A stretch of 64,000 bases of DNA from Candidatus Kaiserbacteria bacterium RIFCSPLOWO2_01_FULL_50_24 (lineage in GTDB: Bacteria > Patescibacteriota > Minisyncoccia > Phycocordibacterales > UBA2100). Where the stretch lies: assembly GCA_001783335.1 (NCBI GenBank), contig MFLU01000010.1, positions 30,122-94,121 on the forward strand, written 5' to 3'. A program made the translations under genes and the position numbers. Shown here in pieces: positions 1 to 7,871 of the stretch; the stretch's first letter is position 1, and each line of letters starts with the position of its first letter. The notes under the pieces were generated by a model that saw nothing but the letters and a program-made list of their open reading frames with translations, was not told the DNA's origin and did no database searches.

Positions 1-551
1 AGAAATTTATAACGCAAGCGACGGAGTATGAGGGATACTTGTATCCAGATACTTATTTTTTCCTTCCCAATGTAGATGAGGCGGTGGTGATACGCACTAT
101 GCAGCAGAATTTTGATGCTCAAACCGCGACAATCGCGAGCGAAGTGGAGGCGTTCGGCGAGCCATTTTCAGACATTGTCATTATGGCGTCACTTTTGGAG
201 CGAGAGGCGAATAACACCGAGGATAGAAGAAAAATAGCGGGTGTGCTGTGGAATCGCGTGGAGCGCGACATGCCGCTTCAGGTAGACGCGGTGTTTCTCT
301 ACACGCTCGGCAGGACCACGTTTGAGCTCACCACAGAGGATCTCGCATCCGATTCTCCGTACAACACCTATCGGTATAAAGGATTTCCGCCGACGCCGAT
401 AGGAAGCCCGTCGCTTGATTCGCTCCGCGCGGCGGTAATGCCTGAAAATCACGATTATTTGTTTTATCTCGCCGACCGAAACCATGTGACGTATTACTCA
501 CGCACGTATGAGGAGCATTTGCGGAAGAAAGCGATGTACCTGGGAAGTTAA
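1..551 (+). CDS. mltG: endolytic transglycosylase MltG (5' truncated by window edge)
   Basis: Frame is open upstream of 39 (…EYEGYLYPDTY); motifs ASLLERE, LQVD, SPYNTY, PPTPI, YLFY. Confidence 0.93.
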   Translation, partial: KFITQATEYEGYLYPDTYFFLPNVDEAVVIRTMQQNFDAQTATIASEVEAFGEPFSDIVIMASLLEREANNTEDRRKIAGVLWNRVERDMPLQVDAVFLYTLGRTTFELTTEDLASDSPYNTYRYKGFPPTPIGSPSLDSLRAAVMPENHDYLFYLADRNHVTYYSRTYEEHLRKKAMYLGS

Positions 552-589
552 TGTAAAAATAAAATATCACGAAGAAATCCACACAGTTT

Positions 590-762
590 AAATCCAAATT
601 TCAAAGTTCAAATGTCAAATAAAATCCAAAACTTAAATATCAAATACAACCCGCGTCGCAAAGAGTGGGATGCGTTTAGTCATTTGAATTTTGGGCTTTG
701 TTTGACCTTTGGATTTTGACATTTGAAATTACTTTTAATTTCGGGCTTTGAAATTTGGATTT
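590..762. repeat. heptamer-periodic imperfect inverted-repeat element, family A (second copy at 60979-61118)
   Basis: A-rich arm AAATCCAAATTTCAAAG.TCAAATGTCAAATAAAATCCAAAACTTAAATATCAAA is near-identical to 60979-61033; followed by a complementary T-rich arm. Confidence 0.85.
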
Positions 763-787
763 ACTTAAGGATATCCACACCCCCATC

Positions 788-817
788 TTGCGTCATCGCC
801 AACACTTGGCATATTCT
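788..817 (+). promoter_or_regulatory. candidate sigma70 promoter for the downstream structured RNA
   Basis: TTGCGT-18 nt-TATTCT, about 8 nt before the hairpin. Confidence 0.35.
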
Positions 818-824
818 TACTCTT

Positions 825-916
825 GGTGAGGGTGGAGCACCGGAAGAATGACTCCCACGACCATCAGGCTTCGGCCTTCGGCGTGCGACCCTCCCTTCCA
901 AACATCTGCCCTCACT
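825..916 (+). ncRNA. candidate rod-shaped small RNA (possibly 6S-like)
   Basis: Nested pairings GGTGAGGGTGGA/TCTGCCCTCACT, GGAAG/CTTCC, central bubble, CACG/CGTG, AGGC-TTCG-GCCT; promoter before and terminator after. Confidence 0.45.
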
Positions 917-927
917 GCTTCTCTTCG

Positions 928-952
928 AGCTCGCACCTCGCGGGCTCTTTTG
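928..952 (+). terminator. intrinsic terminator
   Basis: GAGCTCGC-ACCTC-GCGGGCTC followed by a T-run. Confidence 0.6.
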
Positions 953-957
953 TTTCT

Positions 958-990
958 AAAAAACATGCCCCACGGATTTCCGTGGGGCAT
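958..990 (-). terminator. intrinsic terminator of the 997..1605 gene
   Basis: ATGCCCCACGG-ATTT-CCGTGGGGCAT perfect stem with a T-run on the minus strand. Confidence 0.65.
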
Positions 991-996
991 ACATGA

Positions 997-1605
997 CTAT
1001 TCGGCCTCAAGCGTTGAGAAAACGGCGAAGGGTCGAAATACTTTCCCCGGTACTTTTTGAAAAGCGAGACCGACAGAATTTATTGCCTTTTGACCAGCGT
1101 TTTGGTACGCGATGCCGAAACCCTGTGTGGCCTCCGTTCCCGCATTCTGGACCGCGATGCCGCCCATCTGCGTAACATCTGCCTCCGCATTTTGGAACGC
1201 GATGCCGAAACCATGCACGGCATCTTCCCCCGAGTTTTGGTACGCGATGCCGTAAAACTGTACGGCCCTCGTTCCCGCGTTTTGGACCGCGATGCCGAGA
1301 AACTGTCCGGCATTCGTCCCCGCGCTTTGATATCCAGCGTTCACCATAGCGAACGCGTCCCTCTCTGCACTCTGATACACGGAGAATAGCGAGTACACGC
1401 CATTTTCCGAGCGGGCGTTTCCTGCTATCGTCCAGACATTTCCGCCGATATTGAAGGGCATTACCAAGGCGGCGATGACAAGAAGGGCCCAAAGGTCGCG
1501 TTTAGTGGGGTATCTGGACCACGCATTGTCGAGCGACACCCAGAGCAAAAAACAACCAAAGCCCGAAATGACAAACAGGAATATGTTTATTATACCGATT
1601 TCCAT
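997..1605 (-). CDS. membrane-anchored protein with 15-aa tandem repeats (predicted beta-solenoid)
   Basis: Two N-terminal TM segments, then about 6 repeats of GIA(V/Y/F)QNAGxxAxQxx; SD AGAGGAG. Confidence 0.8.
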   Translation of the reverse strand: MEIGIINIFLFVISGFGCFLLWVSLDNAWSRYPTKRDLWALLVIAALVMPFNIGGNVWTIAGNARSENGVYSLFSVYQSAERDAFAMVNAGYQSAGTNAGQFLGIAVQNAGTRAVQFYGIAYQNSGEDAVHGFGIAFQNAEADVTQMGGIAVQNAGTEATQGFGIAYQNAGQKAINSVGLAFQKVPGKVFRPFAVFSTLEAE

Positions 1606-1654
1606 TGCCAGCTCCTCTTTTTTCCACTATACTACTCCTGAAGAGATATATATC

Positions 1655-2755
1655 ATGCCTGCTATGGCAAGTCAAGCCAGCACCGTGTATGTTGGTTTAT
1701 CGGGTGGGGTTGATTCCGCTGTTTCAGCGGCGCTCCTCAAAGAGCGAGGATTTACGGTCGTCGGTGTATTCATAAAAATCTGGCAGCCGGAATTTATTGA
1801 ATGCACATGGGAGCGCGATAGGTTAGACGCAATGCGCGTGGCCGCGCATCTCAACATTCCGTTCCGTGAGATTGACCTCTCGGCAGAGTACAAACGGCAC
1901 GTGATCAATGAAATGATTGCCGGCTACACGCGAGGCGAGACGCCGAACCCCGACACACTTTGCAACGAGCGCATAAAATTCGGTTCGTTTTTCAACTGGG
2001 CGCGCACGGAGGGAGCCGACTTTGTTGCTACGGGTCACTATGCACAGATAATGCAAAAATCAAAAATCAAAAATCAAAATGACAATATAAAATCTAAAAA
2101 TCAACACCGACTCATACGCTCAAAAGACAAAGAAAAAGATCAGTCGTATTTTTTGTACGCGCTGACGCAGGAGAATCTTGCACACATTCTGTTTCCCGTG
2201 GGCGGAATGACGAAGCGCGAGGTGCGTCGCGCGGCGGAGCGTTTGCGCTTGCCGGTTGCAAAAAAGCAGGACAGCCAAGGACTTTGTTTTGTGGGCGATG
2301 TTTCCATGCGCGAATTTTTATCTCGCTATATTGCTATAGAGCGCGGCGATGTGGTTGATCTGGATGGGCGTGTGGTTGGAGAACACGAGGGCGCGGCACT
2401 TTACACGATAGGGCAAAGACACGGATTTTCACATGAGAAACAGACCGCCCTTCCGCACTATGTTGTTAGTGTTGATACTGTCCAAAACATCGTGCGCGTG
2501 TCGCCACGGCGCGAGGACGCAACGGTATCTGCTATCACCGTCGGCGATATCCATTGGATTTCCGGTAGTGACGACACGACTAGAGTAAAAGCGGTACAGA
2601 TACGCTATCGCGAAGTAGCATCGCCGTGCCGCACACTAACGCAAGAAACATGCGTTAGTGTGGAGATCATTGAGCCGCGCGTTGCGGCACCCGGCCAGGC
2701 GGCAGTATTTTTTAACGGTGAGGAATGTCTTGGTGGCGGAATCATCCACACATAA
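1655..2755 (+). CDS. mnmA: tRNA-specific 2-thiouridylase MnmA
   Basis: SGGVDS, TPNPD, ATGHYA, KDQSYFL, DSQGLCF, PGQAAV; start at 1655 or 1664. Confidence 0.97.
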   Translation: MPAMASQASTVYVGLSGGVDSAVSAALLKERGFTVVGVFIKIWQPEFIECTWERDRLDAMRVAAHLNIPFREIDLSAEYKRHVINEMIAGYTRGETPNPDTLCNERIKFGSFFNWARTEGADFVATGHYAQIMQKSKIKNQNDNIKSKNQHRLIRSKDKEKDQSYFLYALTQENLAHILFPVGGMTKREVRRAAERLRLPVAKKQDSQGLCFVGDVSMREFLSRYIAIERGDVVDLDGRVVGEHEGAALYTIGQRHGFSHEKQTALPHYVVSVDTVQNIVRVSPRREDATVSAITVGDIHWISGSDDTTRVKAVQIRYREVASPCRTLTQETCVSVEIIEPRVAAPGQAAVFFNGEECLGGGIIHT

Positions 2756-2802
2756 CGAGCGCACCGTCTCGTTGTCTCGGAATGGCGCGGTACAATAAAA
2801 GG

Positions 2803-3213
2803 ATGGGCGCCGTTTTACTTCGTCTTCTATGGATGTCGGTCATTTCAAGTGCAATCGCGTATGGCGTTTTTTTGATGGCAGGTAGCGCGATTCAAGCGAA
2901 AGCCGACGCGGAATTAAAGCGCATTGTCGCACGCGACATTATAGACCGCGGCGCACATCACATAAGCGGTATGGTGTTTGTGCCGACCGGTTGCCATGAG
3001 CTCTCTGTGCGCACGGAAGAACGTAACGACAAAGTACAACATATTGCGTTTTCAACGTGGGAAACGCCGTACGTTGAATGCGTTCGCGAGCCAGTACCGC
3101 GCGCGTTCAGTATCGTTGTGTTTGAATCAACGGCCGATGTGGAATTTATTGCGACCGTTGATGGGGAACCGGTTTCGTTTGTGGTCATTCCGGTGTCCGG
3201 AAAAAGAATTTAA
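2803..3213 (+). CDS. hypothetical protein with N-terminal membrane anchor
   Basis: Hydrophobic N-terminus; TACAAT -10 just upstream of the ATG. Confidence 0.7.
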   Translation: MGAVLLRLLWMSVISSAIAYGVFLMAGSAIQAKADAELKRIVARDIIDRGAHHISGMVFVPTGCHELSVRTEERNDKVQHIAFSTWETPYVECVREPVPRAFSIVVFESTADVEFIATVDGEPVSFVVIPVSGKRI

Positions 3214-3227
3214 AATTTCATATTGCC

Positions 3228-4061
3228 ATGTCATACATGCTTATCACCAAAGCAGACGGAGAGCAGGAGCCATTTAGCCCCGATAAACTACGCACATCAC
3301 TTCGGCGCGCGGGCGCGTCGAAAGATGCGGAACACAATATCGTGGAGCGTATTACCAATACTCTGCGTCCCCACATAACAACAGGAGACATTTATCGGCA
3401 GGCGTTTGACGAACTACGCCGTGTTGAGGAGAAACCGATTGCGGCTCGGTATTCCATAAAACGGGCGATTTTGGATCTCGGCCCCTCTGGGTTTCCGTTT
3501 GAACAATTTTTTGCAGAGGTGCTTCGCGCACATGGGTGGGTATGTCGCGTGGGAGTTGCTTTAACCGGCCGCTGTGCTCCGCACGAGGTGGATGTTGTTG
3601 CTGAGAAAAATGGAAAGCGCGTCGGCGTTGAGGCGAAATTTCATAACGACGCTGGTGGTAAGACCGACATCAAAGACGCGCTCTATGTGAAAGCCCGTTT
3701 TGACGACCTTCACAGTGCGCCGGAGAACTCTTCGCGAACAGACGAATACTGGCTAGTTACTAATACTCGCTTTACCAGAAACGCCATACGCTACGCGCAG
3801 TGCTCCAATCTGAATCTCATAGGCTGGGATTATCCGCGTTCGCGGAATTTATTGACGCTCATAGAAGAGGCGCACGTACACCCACTCACATGCCTTACCA
3901 CACTTTCAGAAGGCGAGAAAAAACGGCTACTGGATCAGCGAGTGGTACTTTGTAAAAGCGTTCAAACTCCGCATGTGTTGAAAGAACACGGCGTACAGCC
4001 AAATCGCATTCCCGAAGTGCTAGACGAAGCAAGGCGCTTGTGCGGCCCCCACACCTATTGA
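3228..4061 (+). CDS. ATP-cone plus Mrr-like PD-(D/E)XK endonuclease domain protein
   Basis: ITKADGEQEPFSPDKL (ATP cone); GFPFEQF, EVDVVAEK, VEAKFH, LVTN. Confidence 0.85.
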   Translation: MSYMLITKADGEQEPFSPDKLRTSLRRAGASKDAEHNIVERITNTLRPHITTGDIYRQAFDELRRVEEKPIAARYSIKRAILDLGPSGFPFEQFFAEVLRAHGWVCRVGVALTGRCAPHEVDVVAEKNGKRVGVEAKFHNDAGGKTDIKDALYVKARFDDLHSAPENSSRTDEYWLVTNTRFTRNAIRYAQCSNLNLIGWDYPRSRNLLTLIEEAHVHPLTCLTTLSEGEKKRLLDQRVVLCKSVQTPHVLKEHGVQPNRIPEVLDEARRLCGPHTY

Positions 4062-4216
4062 GGCATCGTGTTTTATTGCCAATCGTGGGTTAACCACTAA
4101 AACTTGTTTCAAAAGCATTGGCGGATATAGAGGTTTGGCGCACGAAAACACAGAGGGCAATTATGCCTCAATAGGTGTGGGGGCGTGGAACGTGATATAC
4201 TAATGGGGTACCACAA

Positions 4217-4440
4217 GTAAAAACTAAAAATGAAAAATGAAAAACGACCCCGCACCAAAAATCTCACCATTCCTCTTTATGCATTCAAACCACGTTCGCA
4301 GATTTTGGTACGGGGCATGCAATGAAAAATTAAAAGTTAGGCTCAAGGGTGCTCCCGACGGAATGTAACTTTTAACTTTTAACTTTTAACTTTTAACTTT
4401 TAACTGCAATTTTTACCTTTTCATTTTTACTTTTTAATTT
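4217..4440. repeat. heptamer inverted-repeat element, family B, with a nested GC-rich hairpin element
   Basis: AAAAA(C/T)(T/G) heptamers … (AACTTTT)n; nested CCCCGCACCAAAAATCT…AGATTTTGGTACGGGG at 4248-4315. Confidence 0.8.
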
Positions 4441-4447
4441 ACATACC

Positions 4448-4918
4448 ATGGGCATTGAACAATTCAACGATCCAATGCTGATCATGTTTGGGAAGCTCTT
4501 GTTGGCCGCGTTTCTTGGCGCGCTTGTAGGAACGGAGCGTGGTGTTGTTGCGCGCCAAGCGGCGGGAACGCGCACATTCGGGCTCGTGTCGCTCGGCGCG
4601 TGTCTCCTTATTCTTACATCCTCGTATGTGGATATTACTTATATGGGATACACGCAGTTTGACCCGACGCGAGTTGCGGCGGCAATCGTGCAGGGAATAG
4701 GATTTATCGGCGCGGGCATCATGATTTTTCGAGGCTCAACGGTGCACGGCATCACTACTGCGGCGGGTCTTTGGGTAGCCGCGGCGCTCGGAATTGCCGT
4801 CGGATTTGGATTGTACGCAATCGCCATTTTTACAACAGTCATTATGCTTATCGTGTTGTTTGGCATGTGGCATGTGGAGCAACACTTTAAAAAGGAGTTT
4901 TCGGAAGTTTCGGAATGA
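4448..4918 (+). CDS. MgtC/SapB family membrane protein
   Basis: GxER, AGTRTF, DPTRVAA, GIGFIGAG, GITTAA. Confidence 0.93.
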   Translation: MGIEQFNDPMLIMFGKLLLAAFLGALVGTERGVVARQAAGTRTFGLVSLGACLLILTSSYVDITYMGYTQFDPTRVAAAIVQGIGFIGAGIMIFRGSTVHGITTAAGLWVAAALGIAVGFGLYAIAIFTTVIMLIVLFGMWHVEQHFKKEFSEVSE

Positions 4919-4936
4919 AGTGCTATAGTGGTTGGA

Positions 4937-5743
4937 ATGTCGTCTTACTATAAGCCGGATAGAAATCCAAATTGGAATTATGGTGGGGAGCGCTTTCGGC
5001 TCTCGCGCTCGAAAATTAGCCTCTTTTTAGATTGTCCGCGTTGTTTTTATATAGACAACAAGCTCGGCACGGCGCGCCCGCCCGGCTATCCGTTTGCCTT
5101 AAATAGCGCTGTGGACGCGCTTTTCAAAAAAGAATTTGACGCGCACCGTGCGAATGGCACAAGGCATCCTTTGATGGAGCAATATGATGTGGACGCCGTG
5201 CCGTTTGACGACCCGCGCATGGATGGGTGGCGCGATTCTCTCCGCGGCGGTGTGGTTTACAAACACAAATCCGGTTTTACCGTGTGTGGCGGTGTAGATG
5301 ACGTCTGGGTCAAGCCGAACGGCGAACTTATCGTGGTGGATTACAAAGCGACAAGCAAGGATGAGAAAATAGAGGCGCTTGATAAGGCGTGGCACGATGG
5401 CTATAAGCGGCAAATGGAAATATATCAGTGGCTCTTTCGCCAGAATGATTTTAAGGTTTCCGACACCGGCTATTTTGTGTATGCGAATGCATCTAAGGAT
5501 AGAAAAGCATTTGATGGCGTACTTGAATTTGAAGTAACGCTTGTGCCGTACAAGGGCGACGATTCGTGGGTGGAGGGTGCTATCCAAAATATTCATGTGT
5601 GTCTTGAGAGCGAAACGATCCCGACCGCATCGGAGGATTGCGACCATTGCCGATATCGCGAAGCGGCTAGGAAAAAGCTCTTGGCGCATGCAACAAAAGG
5701 CACTGAGAAGAAAAAGGACAAACAGGAAACGTTGGGGTTATGA
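4937..5743 (+). CDS. PD-(D/E)XK (RecB/Cas4-like) nuclease family protein
   Basis: LSRSKI…CPRCFY, GGVDD, VVDYKAT, RQMEIY, C-terminal CDHC. Confidence 0.88.
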   Translation: MSSYYKPDRNPNWNYGGERFRLSRSKISLFLDCPRCFYIDNKLGTARPPGYPFALNSAVDALFKKEFDAHRANGTRHPLMEQYDVDAVPFDDPRMDGWRDSLRGGVVYKHKSGFTVCGGVDDVWVKPNGELIVVDYKATSKDEKIEALDKAWHDGYKRQMEIYQWLFRQNDFKVSDTGYFVYANASKDRKAFDGVLEFEVTLVPYKGDDSWVEGAIQNIHVCLESETIPTASEDCDHCRYREAARKKLLAHATKGTEKKKDKQETLGL

Positions 5744-6016
5744 ACACATTTGTTGAGACAGTGTGTGGCATTGTGAGGAGAATTCCGATAGGGAAAACTA
5801 TGACCTATGGCGAGGTGGCGCGGGCCGCTGGCAAGCCCCGAGCGTGTCGAGGGGTCGGAGCTATTATGCGCGCAAATTACGACCCCGCTATTCCATGCCA
5901 TCGCGTTGTGTGTGTGTGTGGACGGAAACTTAGGCGGCTACAATCGTGGTGGCACAAAACAAAAAAGAATTTTACTTATGCGCGAAAAAATTCAGAGCCC
6001 CAACACAATGAATTGA
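5740..6016 (+). pseudogene. MGMT/alkyltransferase-like protein frameshifted at a (TG)7 tract
   Basis: IPxGKTMTYGEVA…PCHRVV in one frame, DGNLGGYNRGG…LLMRE in another; switch at 5907-5920. Confidence 0.8.
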
Positions 6017-6042
6017 CCACCGGAGTAAATATCGACGGTGTC

Positions 6043-6415
6043 ATGGAAAACGAGAACACAATCTACGTAAGTGACTCAAAAAATGGCAAGGGGCTTTTCT
6101 CCGGTCGGTTGATTAAGAGTGGCGAAAAAATCATTGAATTCCACGGGCCAAAAAAGAGGATGCAGGATTTGCCAAATCCATACAGCGCTGTAGATGACCA
6201 CTATGTACAAACGGGATATATTTAAAGGACAAGAAATTACCTGGGATTACTCAACCACAATGGATGAAGACGATTGGGAATTGGATTGTGTATGCGCAAA
6301 CGCGCTATGTCGCGGTAAGGTTCGGGATTTTAAATATCTGCCCAATGAATTGAAATCAAAATATACACACCTCGGTATAGTTCCGGACTATAATTTGAAG
6401 TATGCCCCACTTTAA
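6043..6415 (+). pseudogene. SET-domain protein with internal deletion and frameshift
   Basis: GKGLF…GEKIIEFHG in one frame, RDIFKGQEITWDY…CVC…CRG in another; NHSC motif absent. Confidence 0.75.
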
Positions 6416-6418
6416 ATT

Positions 6419-7009
6419 ATGTTAAATGCATACACTGAAATGAAAAAAGTTCGCGATGAGGTATTCTCGCTTGACGGCGAATTGGCGGAATATAGAAAAA
6501 AGAATAATTATTTTGCGGTTTTGGGAGAGGGGAGCCACGATGCGAACATTATGTTTATCGGCGAGGCACCTGGTAGAAATGAGGCAAAAACCGGCCGGCC
6601 GTTTTGTGGCGCGGCCGGGCGTATCTTGGACGACCTTCTCCTTTCCATCAACGTGCCGCGCGAGGATGTGTATATTACCAACATTGTGAAAGACAGGCCG
6701 CCGGAAAATCGCGACCCGCTACCGTCTGAAATTGAACTCTATGCGCCGTTTCTAGACCGTCAAATTGATATCATCAAGCCGAAAATACTTGCAACGCTTG
6801 GCAGATTTTCCATGGAATATATCATGCGGAAGTTTGAGCTCGTGTTTGAGCTGGAATCCATCAGCGCGGCCCACGGCAAAATGTACGATGCCTTTGCCTC
6901 GTATGGCGCGATTAAAATCATTCCTCTCTACCACCCCGCCGCCGCCATCTATAATCAGTCTCTCAAAGAAACCCTCAAAAAGGACTTCCAAGAGCTTAAA
7001 ACCCCGTAA
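6419..7009 (+). CDS. uracil-DNA glycosylase family 4
   Basis: GEAPG, GRPFCG, YITNIVK.RPP.NR.P, YHPAA. Confidence 0.93.
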   Translation: MLNAYTEMKKVRDEVFSLDGELAEYRKKNNYFAVLGEGSHDANIMFIGEAPGRNEAKTGRPFCGAAGRILDDLLLSINVPREDVYITNIVKDRPPENRDPLPSEIELYAPFLDRQIDIIKPKILATLGRFSMEYIMRKFELVFELESISAAHGKMYDAFASYGAIKIIPLYHPAAAIYNQSLKETLKKDFQELKTP

Positions 7010-7012
7010 AAC

Positions 7013-7033
7013 CCTAGAGGCGTCGCCTCTAGG
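7013..7033. repeat. REP-like palindrome, copy 1
   Basis: CCTAGAGGCG-T-CGCCTCTAGG at the 3' end of the transposase. Confidence 0.85.
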
Positions 7034-7038
7034 ATTTA

Positions 7039-7719
7039 TCAGAACGAACTCTCAGTCTCCGTGTAATAGGTAGCGGCATCACGCAAGACAGATGAAAGTT
7101 TTGGAAGACCGTCTGCCAATATGTTGTATACATTGTCGTCTAATATCGCTCGTTCTACGCGTTCCAATCCGCAGTAGTCCGGCATGCTGGAAAAAGGATA
7201 ATTTAAAAGTTTGTGTTCCAGATTTTTAAAATCAGATACTTTTCCATGTTTCCAATTAGGTTCAAACTTTTCCGCCACATTCAGATGAATATATTGAAGA
7301 ACATGACGTAGGTACGTTTCGTCGTCAACATGCTTGGAACGAAACGGCTTCACAAATATATTGCCGACGCGCGAGCGTTTTTCATTAAAATACATTGCAT
7401 ATCCGGTTCCAAGTTTTTGCATGAATTTGGATATGCCTCTGTCTTCGATCTCTTGCATTAAAATATGGTAGTGGTTTGGCATGAGGGAGTATCCGCCAAT
7501 GGCGACGATATTTTGTTCACGAGGCAGTTGTAAGATATCGTGATGGGGCATATGTTGAAAATTTCCGCGAACAATTGGTTTCGTATCGTTCGACAAGTAC
7601 ATTAGCTCGACGAATCTGTTGCAGTCATCCCCGGTTTCAAAAGTGGTACGTTTGTCAATGCCACGATCAAAGCAGTGATACCACTCGTTGATGGCGAAAG
7701 GAGTGCGTCTATATCCCAT
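7039..7719 (-). mobile_element. HUH Y1 tyrosine transposase (RAYT/IS200-like)
   Basis: YHCFDRG, YSLMPNHYH, YAMYFN, YIHLN, YPFSS; flanked by palindromes. Confidence 0.9.
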
Positions 7720-7737
7720 ACTAACCAACCATAACAT

Positions 7738-7764
7738 AATCCTAGAGGCGTTGCCTCTAGGATT
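7738..7764. repeat. REP-like palindrome, copy 2
   Basis: AATCCTAGAGGC-GTT-GCCTCTAGGATT. Confidence 0.85.
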
Positions 7765-7871
7765 ACAGGATTATGCTTTCAACACGCCACACGCGTGGCG
7801 TATTCGGAATCGGGGTTGTATTTTGTGTGTTTTCCTATATAGTGCCGACAGAGAAGAAAGGGAGAAACGAA

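Noticed and set aside
825-916. SRP (4.5S) RNA
   Set aside because: It has TCAGG but lacks the GNRA tetraloop and AGCAG of helix 8.
1451-1654. N-terminal extension of mnmA in the ORF track
   Set aside because: It overlaps the divergent 997..1605 gene; MnmA homology begins after 1655.
4937-5743. Cas4 of a CRISPR system
   Set aside because: No array or other cas genes nearby; a stand-alone PD-(D/E)XK nuclease.
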